A stretch of DNA of 64,000 nt. Origin: Piromyces finnis finn (Eukaryota > Fungi > Neocallimastigomycota). Below are positions 28,690-41,900 of this stretch, in pieces (position 1 is the first letter of the stretch; each line of letters opens with the position of its first letter). A program made the translations under genes and the position numbers. The notes under the pieces were generated by a model, which saw only the letters and a program-made list of their open reading frames with translations, was not told the DNA's origin and did not search any database. The stretch covers positions 62,001-126,000 of the forward strand of contig MCFH01000005.1 in assembly GCA_002104945.1 (NCBI GenBank), read 5' to 3'.

Positions 28690-31600
28690 TTAATTTTCTA
28701 GTTCTGAATTTTTAATTATATCTCTTTTTTCATTGGTTTCTAATTCACTTTCAATTTCAGTTTCTTCTGGTTTCTTAATAGACTCATTATTAGATTCTGA
28801 AAAAGATTCTGAAAAAGATTCTGAAGATGACGATGACGATAATGATGATGATGAAGATGACGATGAAGAAACAGAAGTTGATGAGCTTTCTGATAAAGAT
28901 GAGGTGGAGGATGAAACTTCATCTTTTTCACTTTTATCAGATCTATGTATTATTTCAACTGATTGTCTATTATTTTCATCATCTTGTGCAACTGAAGTAC
29001 TACCAGTGATATCTTCTAAACTTACAATATGACGTTTTGAAAATGAATGTTTGATATCCCTATTTTGTAATACTTTTGTTGTATCATAAGATGAAGAATA
29101 ATTTTGGATATTATTTTTATGGAATGAAAATAAATTGGATTTTCTCTTATCTTTACTATTGAGAACAGAAACACTGCGTGAGCGTTGTGGGAATGGAAAC
29201 ATTGGTGACTGCTGTAACTGTGCAATATTTGGTGTATTTTCATTGGTATTATTAGCTGAATTGGAGTTATTAAGATTTATAGTCTCACTAATAACATTTC
29301 TATTCAATGGTCTATCCATTACATGCTTGACAATCGAACTTCTAGAACGTTGTATTGGAGCGTTATTATTATTTGTATTAGAAGCAAAACTAACAGATGG
29401 ATTATTATTCGATGTGTTTGAATTAACCATTCCAAAACTATTATGAGGACTAATATTAAGAGAAGTTGTTGGTAAGCTAGTAGCCATAGATGATGATAAA
29501 ATAGAATTATTCATAATATATGGATTATACATGGCATTAGCATTCATATCAGAAACAGAATTATTATATGGATAATACTGAATAGGATATTCCATTGAAT
29601 AACGATTATACATGTAGTTTGAGCCATTGGAATGGAGTCTAGGGATAGTATTTTGGGAATATCCACCCATCATACCTAGAGAATTAGGAAGACTATCAAA
29701 TGAAGTATTAAGTAAATTTGATACTGAATAATCGTTATTTGAACGAATGCCATTAATATTTATAGCAGATGTAGTCGCATGACAATAATTATTTGAAGTG
29801 TGGGAGTTTTTCGTATTTGATCTAGATGGAAATGACTTTTTTGAATTATAAGTATTATTATGCTTAATTGATGATTTATCTATTTTTTTTATACTATTAT
29901 TTGAATTTTCTTGGGTATTTGATTTTGATTCGCTATTTCCATCATTTCCATCATGGAATTGACTATTATTATCTTCACCTTGTGATTGAGAATCACTAAA
30001 TTTCACGTCGTGATTTTTAATAATTTCAGACTGTGCTTTAATAGATGGTGCAGAAAAGTCCATACCAAAATTATTAATATTATCAGGAATTGTATAAAGA
30101 GAATTATTTTGATGATTAAAAGGCCATCTTGGAAGACTATTATATAATGGATCATGATGATACTCAAGTGAGGAAGAGCTTCCCATATATTGATTAATAT
30201 TACTTAATGTATAAAAACCATTAGAAAGAGGATATGATCCTACCTTTAATGAATCCATTTCCTTATTATATAATGTTGTTGATGATTTTACTGATGCATT
30301 TCTTGAAATTGTATTATTTCTTACAGCTAAATCAGCAGCACAAGTAATACCACTTGTGTCAAACCAGTTTGAATCTGATTCATCGCTTTGGCCATAGGAT
30401 TTTAAGATTTTACTTTTGCTACGTTTTCTACCTCTAGCTGACGAATTCTCGATCATCCGTTTTTTGACAGACTCATCTAGATTAACAACCCACAAATTTA
30501 ATATTTGTTGTCTTTCTTCGAAAAGTTTTGTTTTACAAGTTGCTAATTCTTTTTCTTGTTTAGTATAATCATTTTTTAAATTTTGAATTTCTTCTCCTAA
30601 CCATATCCTAGTTTCACCTATTTCTTTTTCTAAACTACTATCAATCCTTTTTATTCCTTCTCTTTGTTTTACTTCCTGAGTATCAATACAGGTTTCAAAT
30701 AATTCTTCTAACCTTTCTATTCTATTTGAAGTGAGGTTTGTCTTTTTAGTTAATAAAACTCTAGCATGCTGGATATTTTCATTAGCTAATTTAACATAAT
30801 CTTTTGAATCAGAGAGAATTGTTAATTCATCATGCCTTTCATTCTCTTTTAAGATTTTATTTATCAGTGTGGGAGATAAATCCCATACGGATGCATAATC
30901 ACGAATAGACTGACTACCTCTGAAAAAATTAACTAAATACATATGAGCATTTCTTAAATTATCTTTTGCTAGTTCACATTGATGAATGACTTGTGAAAGT
31001 TGAGTAAAATTCAAAAATAATTTAATTGATTGTTGTTCTAATGCATCTTCTTGTGGGAAATTTGGTGTTGGACCATCAAAAACTTCTTGTAATAATTCTT
31101 CTAATTCATTTTTATAGCGATTAAAATTTTTATTATTATTTTGACATTCCAATAATTCTTTTTTGGATTCATCCCATAAGGATTTATTAACATCAAATGC
31201 TTTCTTTGCTTGTTCATATTGCTTACATGTATTTTGATATGCTTTTTCAGCTTTAACTAATTCAGATGAACGAGTTCCTTTTATCTTTGAAAAAAATGAA
31301 CGAAAGGATAAGTGTTTTAATTGTTCTATTTTAGCTGATTCCTTTTTCCTGATTTTTTAATAAATTATTATCAATTAACATTTATAAATATTAGTTTAAA
31401 AATATATAAATTAATAAAATGTAGCAATATATATACAAAATTATTATATATATATAAAAGAATTTTAAAATTACTTTTTATTTGTTATTTGTGACAAACG
31501 ATCATATGTATTATCTAATTTTTCTTTAACTTGTTCTGTAAGACGTTCTTGTTTTTCAAGTTGAAGAGAAGCAAATTCTAAGCGATCAAGTTTTTCTTGT

Positions 31601-31725
31601 AAATAAACATAGTCTTCAAGAATATAATGAAATTCAGTTAAATTGCTATTATAATCAAATTGTGCCGCTAATGCTGGATTCATATAAGCTGAAGCACTTG
31701 AAGGAACTTTGGAAGAAAGTAACAT
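28690..31725 (-). CDS. Uncharacterised protein: helical/coiled-coil N-terminal region plus a long Ser/Asn-rich disordered region and an acidic Ser-rich tail; 2 exons
   Basis: Exon 1 is 31725-31475 (ATG...QITNKK), with a GT-AG intron at 31474-31349. Exon 2 is 31348-28690 and is in frame (KKESAKIEQLKHLSFRSFFSKIKG...EVFDGPTPNFPQEDALEQ...). Confidence 0.75.
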
Positions 31726-34125
31726 TGTTTTATTTTATACGTTTTTATTTTTTATTTATATCCTTTATTTATTAATTTGCTATTCTTTATTATTTTAATT
31801 GAAAGTTATATATTTATTTGCTATAATAATTTTTTAATATTACTTTATTAATAAAAATTTTCAAAAATAATAATATAATTATTAAAATATATTGATACAT
31901 ACTTGTGTTTCAAGTAAATAAGTTTATATGGTATATTGTATATTTAATAATAATATTATCCTTTAATTCATATCATTAATTTAAAGATTATATATATTCC
32001 TATTTAAATTTCTCAATTTTTATTTGAAATATATATATTTTATATATATTAACTCTTTTTACTTTGATATGGTATTCAGGTCTATATTCTTTATTTTTTC
32101 AATTATTATTATTTTATTATTAAAATTTTATATTAAATCAATTGAAATTTGTGTATATTTATTATTAAATTTTTATTATTTTCTTTTAATATTATTTTAT
32201 GGTTGTATTATTGATTTTAATAGAATTAATTTATAACTTTAAAATTATTCCATTTATCAATAATTTGAATTTTATAAATTATTTATGTTTATTATTATAA
32301 AAAAGCTTTTTTTTTAACATAATTTAAAAAATGAAAGTATTATCAATGTTTATTGTTGTTATTTTTGTTGTTGTTATTATTAAAAAAATAAAATATTTAT
32401 TTTTAATTGTTTGCTTTTTAAAATGAATACTACAAAATTGAAGATATTCTTAGTATTAAAGAATGTTTTATTTTATTATTTTTTTCATTATAATTGAAAT
32501 GTTAAAGAAAATAACATTTTATTTTATATTACTACTACTACTTTTTCTTTTTTTATTATAAAATATATAAAATATAATAAATTTATAAATAAAAATAGTG
32601 AAAATAAAATAAAAAAAAAACTTTCTTAAAGTCAAAGTAAAAGATTTTTTTTTACTTTTATATAAAATTGCAAAATAAAAAAAAACAATATTAAAATAAA
32701 ATTATTTAATTGTTAATTTATTTATCTATTAAGTAATTTATTTACTTTATACTTATACATTCATTTATATATTTAAAATGAATTGATTTATCAATAAAAT
32801 TACTATTAAATAATATATTTTATATTAAAAAAAATTGTTCTATTTTATTGGAAATCAATTAATTATAAAATTAATATATTATAGTATTATATATTCATTA
32901 AGGAGGAGGAGGTAGGATTAAACAGGAATTTTTAAAAAAAAAAAGATTTCAACTATCTTCAATAATTTGAATGAATTACTAAATATACTTCAATATATTA
33001 TTCAATTAATAATAATAAATGAAATTGCTTGTGATAATATTAAATAAAGTTTTGTTATATTTAATATATTGTTAATATATTAAATTACATATATTTTATC
33101 TTTACTATTTTATATTATAATAATATGGAGTTATATTGTATTACCAATTTTCAATGAATTCATTTTCATATATTCTAGAATATGATAAATATATTTATTA
33201 ATATATCAACTATTATAATTTATTAATGGAGGGTTATTCAACCCATAAAAATATATTATTCTAATTAAAATGTTATCAAACTTTATTTATAATAATTTAG
33301 AATTCCTAATAATTAATTTAATATCTATATATTATTTAATTTAAATCCATATAATACTATTCCCAAGGTTGGTTAAATATAATAAAAAAGATGAATGGAA
33401 ATCAAATCAATATATTAAAATAATATTCTATTCCACTACTATAATATATTATATTATAATATAATAAAATACTTCTTTTAATGAGAAATCGACTAATATG
33501 TAACAAAAAAAATAAACATAGAATTAGAGAAATACTTTATTTTGTTACATGTTAAAGGTTAAAAATAATTTTTATTAAAATTTAAAGGAATGCATAAGCA
33601 ATTATTAATAATAATTCATTACTAATAATTTTAATAATAATAATAATTTTAATGATATAGTTGTATAATGTTCTATTTATAATTTTATTCATGAGTATTT
33701 AAATTCTGCTTCACTCTTTTAAAACAAAAAAATTATATTATATTAACTTTTCCATTATTACACAAAAAAATAATGAAAATTCTTTAATTAAAAATTATTT
33801 CTAATATATTCCTAAAAATTGGAAGTGTTTTATAATTTAAAATACGAAGTTAGCATGTAATGAATTAATAGGAATAATCATTATGAAAATATAATGATAA
33901 AATAATGAGTATTGTTGTGAAAATATAGATGTTAAAGGTGATAACAATAATATTAATAATATTAATAATAATAATAATAATAGTTATAGTTTATAATTAA
34001 TCCATTTTAAAAATCAACGTATTAGTATATGATAAATTTATATTATCATAAGCCACAATGAATTTATAGTTATATAAAAATTAATAGTAAATGGCTGATA
34101 AAACACGTGTTATTATAATGTACTT

Positions 34126-34127
<2 letters not shown>

Positions 34128-34161
<34 letters not shown>

Positions 34162-34485
34162 TTCCGAGTGCATTTCTCCCATCGATCAGAGTTAGCTCCA
34201 ATGGTGGTTCTTAGAGAAACGTTGGCTCATTCCTATTGCTAGGTGGTTGTGACCCTCCTGGTCTGTCATACTGTTTCTTCAGCTTCGACGCTCACTTAAT
34301 CCATGTACATTAGATGCATGTCGTTGTACGATATTTCACAACTACAATGCTAAGCCTCTTATAGTCAATTTGATCACGTGTCAACCGCCCCCTAATGTTT
34401 ACACTTAAATTGATTAAGGAATATTATGTGTTTTTGGCATAGCCTAAGTCACCACTTATTAAGTTCTAATTTGGAATGTACCATG
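34128..34485 (-). mobile_element. Poly(A)-tailed retroposed element (SINE or 5'-truncated non-LTR retrotransposon) with a 12-bp target-site duplication
   Basis: Identical TAATGTACTTCA at 34116-34127 and 34486-34497. A 31-nt poly-T at 34128-34158 is poly-A on the minus strand. The ~330-bp body is clearly more GC-rich than the flanking AT desert. Confidence 0.88.
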
Positions 34486-35981
34486 TAATGTACTTCAAAG
34501 TTGTGACATTTGTTTTATATTTTATATTAAACGAATTTAAATTATGTAAAATAATAAATTAATACAAAAAATATGGAAGAATCAAATCTAGGTTAAAACT
34601 TTAAAACATATAGAATTCATTAATTTAAAAGATTAGAAATAAAAAAAATATAATATTAATTATATTATATATTAATAGAGTTAAATATAATATTCGTCTA
34701 TTTTTCTTTTTATGTTTTTTTACCAATAAAAATAATTATTATTATAGCTAGTACATATAAATACTAAAGAAAAACTAAGTCTTAATTTTAATAATATTTA
34801 CATTTAAAATTTATTAGTTTTTAAATGTAAGTATTATTAAAATTAAAAGTAATCATTATTTAAATATTGAAAAGAATATGTAATAATTGAAAAGGTAATA
34901 GTAAAAAAAAAAACACATAATGGTTAATTAATAATTTCAGAAAATGTTTTGATTTTGTTGAAACAAAAAATAAAATTAAAATGGTTAATTATTATAATAG
35001 ACTTTTCTTAATAGTTTTTGTTAAATATACATATCATTTATACGAATTTCATGAATTTCTAAGTATATTAAAGAATTATTAAAAAGTTTTTTTTTATAAA
35101 CAAAAATGAAAAAATAAAAGTTCTTTCTATATAATAAGATACAATATTCTATAAATAAAGAAAAATAGGATTAAATAAGTTATGTATCATTGATCATTGT
35201 TTTTTAATATTGTATATTCTAATGTATTTTTTTCTAAGATAAAAAAAATATTTACAGTAAATACTTAATAATATATATAAAAAAGATTAAAATTTATTAA
35301 ATAGTAATTTGAATAGAATAAATTTATTAGTAAACTTTTAAAAATTATTATTTTTGATGTAGTACAATTTTATTATCAATAAATACTTTTTTTTTTATTA
35401 AAACATAAAATATAAAATAAATACAATAGAAAATATTGTTAAATTTTCAAATAAATAAAATAGCTATAAAATACGCATTTTAATGTTTAATTTATGTTTA
35501 TTCCTTTTTTTTTAAATTCAGTTCTATATATATAATGGTTATATAATAGTAGTGCTTATTAACTTGAATATTACATTTTATAATAAACTATAATTTTTAA
35601 TAAAGTTAATAATAAAAGGTAATTAATTATCTCTAATTATATAAAATAAAAATCTATAATATTTTTAATAAAAACAATCCACTGATATGAATTAAATTGT
35701 CATTTAAAATATAATATATTATAGTATAATTGATAATATAATAATTTATTAAAATTTTTCTTCATTAGAAATATAAAAAAAGAGAAAATATAAAATTTTT
35801 AAAAAAAAAAAACTATTAATTACATTCATTGTTTAATTATTATTATTATTATTATCATTATATCATTATATAATAGAAATTAATATTTATATTTTTTTCG
35901 TTGAAAGTATATAATATTAATTTTGGTAATAAAAATTTTAATTATTATTCAAGTAATAACCTAAGATAGAAAATTTTCAAA

Positions 35982-38900
35982 ATGAAAATTAGATTTTGCA
36001 TTGATAGAGGTGGTACCTTTACTGACTGGTAATAATTAAAGATAATACATAATAGCATATATAAATTTATCTATGAAATATATATAATATATATAATATT
36101 TTTTTTAAAAAATAAATCAATATGGAAAGAAATTGAGAAATATATATCTATGTTTCTTTTTAAAGAAAAAAAAAAATTCAAATATATAGAAATTTCATTT
36201 TATTAAATCATTATTCAAAGAAACAATTATTTTATTTAATAAAATAAGATAGTTTATAATGCATATACCGTGAAAAACTGTTTAATTGTTATTAAAAAAA
36301 AAAAAAAAAGCAAACATTAATTTGAATCTTAAAAATCAAAATTAAGGATATAAATTTTAAAAATTGTTTCATATAATTGATGTATTATTACAATGAGAAA
36401 GAAAGTCAAAAATGAAATAAATAACTATTATTAAAAAATATTTTTAAAAACATATTCATTATTTTGATTTTATTATTATTATATACATGTTGTTATATAT
36501 ATGATGAATTTTAAATTAAATAAGAATAATAATGTAAATGTTATATATATATATATATATATTTTATATAATTATCATTTTTCTTTTATCAGCCTTGCTT
36601 TTGTAACAAGGGATAACAATCCAAATGAAGAAGTTATAGTTACTAAACTTTTAAGTGTTGACCCAAATAATTATAAAGAGTAAAATTTTAATATTATTAG
36701 TATTATTTTCATATAAATCTTAAATATATTGATATTAAATAGTTATATAATATAATGAAATTTATATTTTTTTAGTGCACCAACAGAAGGTATTTTTAAT
36801 TTTTTATATTATAAAATGTTGTATATAAATTATTATTAATTTAAATAAATGGATATAAAAATGAATAGCTATTAGAAGAGTTCTTGAGAATGTTACAGGT
36901 GTTAGTATTGATAGAAATGAAAAAATCCCAGTAGAACATATTTCTCAAATTAGAATGGGAACCACAGGTTATTATTATTAAATATAAATATATTATGATT
37001 ATATAATATTTTTTTTTTTCTTTAATTTTAATATTTTTGTGTAATAAACAATCCTATAATTAAAAATAAATATAGTTGCAACTAATGCTCTTTTAGAAAG
37101 AAAAGGTGAACCATGCGCATTATTGATAACTAAGGGTTTAAAAGTAAATTTTATATTATATATTAATTATTATACAAATTGAATTATAATAACAACTATC
37201 ATTATTATTATTATTATTATTTTATCATCAAAAATTTAATATAATATAAGGATTTACTTTTTATTGGAAATCAAGCAAGAGATGATATATTTGATTTAAA
37301 TATCAAATGTGCAGATATTTTATACACTAAAGCACTTGAAGTTGATGAACGTATTGAATTAGTTGGTTATACCTGTTGTAAAAGTGGTATGAATGTTGCT
37401 ATTCCAGATGGAGATGAAAATTACATTAAAGGTGTCACTGGAGAATATATAAAAATTTCGAAAAAACCAGGTTATTAATTATTTTATATTAAAATAATTA
37501 TGATAATTACAAATTATTTTTAATAGGAAAAGAAAAATAGTATATAAAATAGAGGTATTTTTTGCTAAAATATTACATTACAATTTGTATTTGTATAAAA
37601 TATACTAAATAGATGAAGCGAAAATTAAAAAGGATTTGATGGAAATTTATGAATCTGGTATAAGAAGTGTTGCTATTTGTTTTTTACATTCATATATTTA
37701 CCCTGGTAATATAAATTCATTCTATTCATATATTTCTATTATGAAAAGAAGAAAAAATTAAATTTTCTAAATATATTTTATAATCATAGAACATGAAGAA
37801 ATTGTTGGAAGAATTGCAAAAGAAATTGGTTTTACTAATGTTACATTATCTTCAAAAATTATGCCAATGATTAAGATTGTTCCAAGAGGTAATTCTGTAT
37901 GTGCTGATGCCTATTTGACTCCTTGTATTCAAGAATATATTAATGGTTTTATTGAAGGTTTTGATCCAAAAATTAAGTCTGATGTTATTGTTGAATTTAT
38001 GCAAAGCGATGGAGGTTTGGTTAATATGAATCAATTTTCTGGTTTTAAAGCTATTCTTTCTGGTCCTGCTGCTGGTGTTATTGGGTAGATAAATGCTTTT
38101 ATATTTACTATTAAACTATATAAGAAAAAAAAAAAAAAAACTTTTTTTTCAATATATTTAAAATATTATTAATAATTTTATTTATATTAAAATTTTCAAT
38201 TATTTAAAAAGATATGCAAAAAATTTATATGATGATAATCATAAAATGATTATTGGTTTTGATATGGGTGGCACAAGGTCTATATTTAATTTGGATATAG
38301 TATTAATTCATGATAATGAATAATTGAATTCTTTTTTATATTTTTTCTTTCTAAATTCTTATTCTATTATGATTGTGTAAATATAATAGTACTGATGTAT
38401 CAAGATATGCTGGTGAATTAGAACATGTTTATGAAACAAAAACAGCTGGTATTACCATTCAAGCTCCTCAATTAGATATAAATACTGTGGCTGCTGGTGG
38501 TGGTTCTAAACTCTTCTTTAGAAATGGAATGTTTATTGTAGGGTAGGTTTATTTAAAGTTGTTTATAAATGCATTTAGATGATAAAGAAATTATAATATT
38601 TCAATTTTTACTAATATATTATATAACATACTTTCTTTAAAATATCATTTAAAGTCCAGAATCTGGTGGTGCCGATCCAGGTCCAGCTTGTAAGTAATTA
38701 GGGTTATTTAATTATTTCATTTTTTATTATAGGTTATATTTAAATTAATATTATATATATATTATTTTTATGATGAATAGGCTATAGAAAAGGCGGAAGT
38801 TTAACTATTACAGATTGTAATCTTATATTAGGAAGATTAATGATTAATTATTTCCCAAAAATATTTGGTAAAACCGAGGATCAACCTTTAGATATTGATG

Positions 38901-41900
38901 CTACAACTCAACTTTTTGATGAATTAACAAAGGAAGTTAATGACTTCATTGAACAAAATACACCAAGTATTCCACCAAAAACAGTGGATGAGGTTGCTTA
39001 TGGTTTTTTAACAGTTGCTAATGAAGCTATGTGTAGACCTATTCGAGAAATGGCTCAATCCAAAGGATATAATACTAGCCAACATGTGTTAGCATGCTTT
39101 GGTGGTGCAGTAAGTTATAACAAAATCTTTTATCTTAGAATCTAAAACAATATGAATAAATATATAAAATTATTTTCTAAAATTATAAAACTTCCATTAA
39201 ATAATTTATATTATATTTTGATATCTAAAAATGAAGGGTTCTCAACATGCTTGTGCTATTGCTAAAAATCTTGGTATAAAAAAGGTTTGGATTCATAAAT
39301 ATGCTTCAGTTTTATCTGCATATGGTTTAAGTACCGCTGACGTTGTTTATGAACTTCAAGAACCATGGTAATTTAGTACTTACTAAAATTTTGAACGCAT
39401 CTTATTTTATCTTAGCTTTATATTTTAACTTTTTTTTTTATTAAAAAAATTATTCTAAAGTGCTGATGTTTATAGTGACGAAAGTATGAGTAACATTAAG
39501 GAAAGAATTGAAAATTTAATTGAAGAGAGCTGTAAAAGATTAAAATATCAGGGATTTAAAGAAGATGAAATTCGTTATGATATATATTTAAATTTAAGAT
39601 ATGACAGAACAAATTGTGCTCTTATGATTTTAAAGGAAGGTGCTTCTTGGGATTTTGAAACACCATTTGTTAGAAAAGTAAGTGTTTCTATTATTAGGTT
39701 ATCATTATTTATTATTATTATAATTATTATTCCATTATTACATAAATATTATTAATATTAATCAATAATTTATATTTTACATTAATAAACAAAACAATAA
39801 CAACAAAAACAATGATAATACTATTTTTTAATACAGTACAGACAAGAATTTGGCTTTGACATTAAGGATAGAGATATTATTATTGATGATATACGTGTTC
39901 GTGGAATTGGTAATAAAAGAGGAAATATAATAAAACCAGATTATAGTTATTTGGAATTCCAGGAAACAAATTCTTCTATTGAAACAACTTCAGTTTTCTT
40001 TGAAAATGGTAGAATAAATACAGAAGTCTATTTATTATCCAATCTTAAATCTGGTAATATTGTTAAAGGTCCTGCTTTAATTATTAATGATACTACAACT
40101 ATTGTTGTAGAACCACAATGTGAAGCATACATATATCCAGATTATATAGAAATTGAAATTAATAATAAATTTAATAATAAGACTGGTTTAGTTGATGAAG
40201 TAAACTGTGATCCAATTCAATTATCTATCTTTTCTCATCGTTTTATGTCAATTGCTGAACAAATGGGTAGGACATTACAACAAACATCTATTTCAACAAA
40301 TATTAAAGAAAGATTAGATTTTTCATGTGCTATTTTTGGTCCTGATGGAGGTTTAATTAGTAATGCTCCACATATTCCAGGTAAAATAATGTTATTTTAT
40401 ATAATATTTTTTATTTTTAAAATTAAGTAAATTCATAATAGAATTATTTATTATTTTTTATAGTAAGTGAATGATTAATGTATTATTAATTAAATATTTA
40501 TATTAAATAATGTAGTTCATCTTGGTTCTATGCAAGAAGCAGTTAAATGTCAAATCGAGATTTTAAAGGATGATATCCAAGATGGAGATGTTCTAGTATC
40601 TAACCATCCAGAAGCTGGTGGTTCTCATCTTCCAGATGTATATTTCTAAACTTATAAATTAAAAGTATAATCTAAAGATTCAAATTTAAATATTAATATG
40701 TTATTTCATTTTGATAATAAAAGATCACAGTAATTACTCCAGTATTCCAAGATAATGAAATTGTATTCTTTGTTGCTAGTAGAGGTAAAAATATAAACAA
40801 ATTATTATTTTTTATTAATGTTTTTTTAAATATAAGAAAAAAAAATATAAAGTTATTAACTGTAAAATAAATATTAAATTTATAATTATACTATATAGGA
40901 CATCATGCTGATATTGGTGGCCTTCAACCAGTAAGTATTTAATAAATCAAACATGTATGAATTATATTTATTTTTTAATATACTTTTTAAATTTCTATTA
41001 AAAAAAAGGGAAGTATGCCACCATCTTCAAAACGATTATATGAAGAAGGTGCTGCTATTAGATCTTTTAAATTAGTACATAATGGTGTCTTTGATGAAGA
41101 AGGTATTACTAAGATTTTAGTAGAAAATCCAAAACAATATGATGATTGCAGGTAATATCGTATAAAACAAATAATATGCATATTTAATATCTATTTATAA
41201 ATTATTAACGATTAATTAATTTAATTTAAAGTGGAACAAGATGCTTAAATGATAATATATCTGTAAGGATTATTTTGTTTTTATAAATACGTATTCGGAT
41301 AAAAAAAATAATGCCTAAATATCTAATTTAATATTTATTTATTTCGATAAATAAATGAAAAAATAATAATAGGACTTAAAAGGTATGATTAAAGATTTAG
41401 TATTATATATAGAATTAATTACAAAATTACATATTTATTTACATTAAAAATCTAATTTAAAACTAAATAGCTCAAGTTGCTGCTAACCAAAGGGGTATTC
41501 TTTTAGTTAAATCATTAATTGTTGAATATGGTAAATTGTTTAAATATATATATATCTTATAAAAGATACATTATTTTTAATTAATATTATCATTCATAAT
41601 ATAATTCTTAAAAATTCCTTTTTTATAATATATGTTATGATTAATAGGATTAAAGGTTGTTCAGGCTTACATGAAATTTATTCGTGAAAATGCAGAATTA
41701 GCTGTAAGAAATCTTTTGAAGAGTGTTTATAAAAAGTATGAAGGTAAAGAATTAATTGCTGAAGATTTCATGGATGATGGTACAAAAATTAAATTAAAGG
41801 TTACTATTAATCCAGAAGATGGCAGTAGTGTATTTGATTTTACAGGTACTGGCTATCAAGTGTATGGAAATTGGAATGCTCCAAGAGCAATTACATATAG

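Noticed and set aside
32024-32236. ORF 32024-32236
   Set aside because: An I/F/Y/L-rich by-product of AT-rich DNA with a TTG start and no motif.
32890-33480. Possible decayed DDE-transposase remnant (LLMEGYSTH resembling the pogo-type LLxLDGHxSH motif) and a GGAGGAGGAGG purine patch
   Set aside because: Only one short motif, surrounded by stops in all frames, with no terminal repeats or TSD. It cannot be supported without a tBLASTn/HMM search.
34161-34330. Self-cleaving ribozyme (hammerhead CUGAnGA/GAAA, HDV-like or twister) within the retroposon
   Set aside because: Partial look-alikes (CTGATCGA...GAAA; GACCCTCCTGGTC) lack the required stems and pseudoknot pairings. Retained only as a generic structured RNA.
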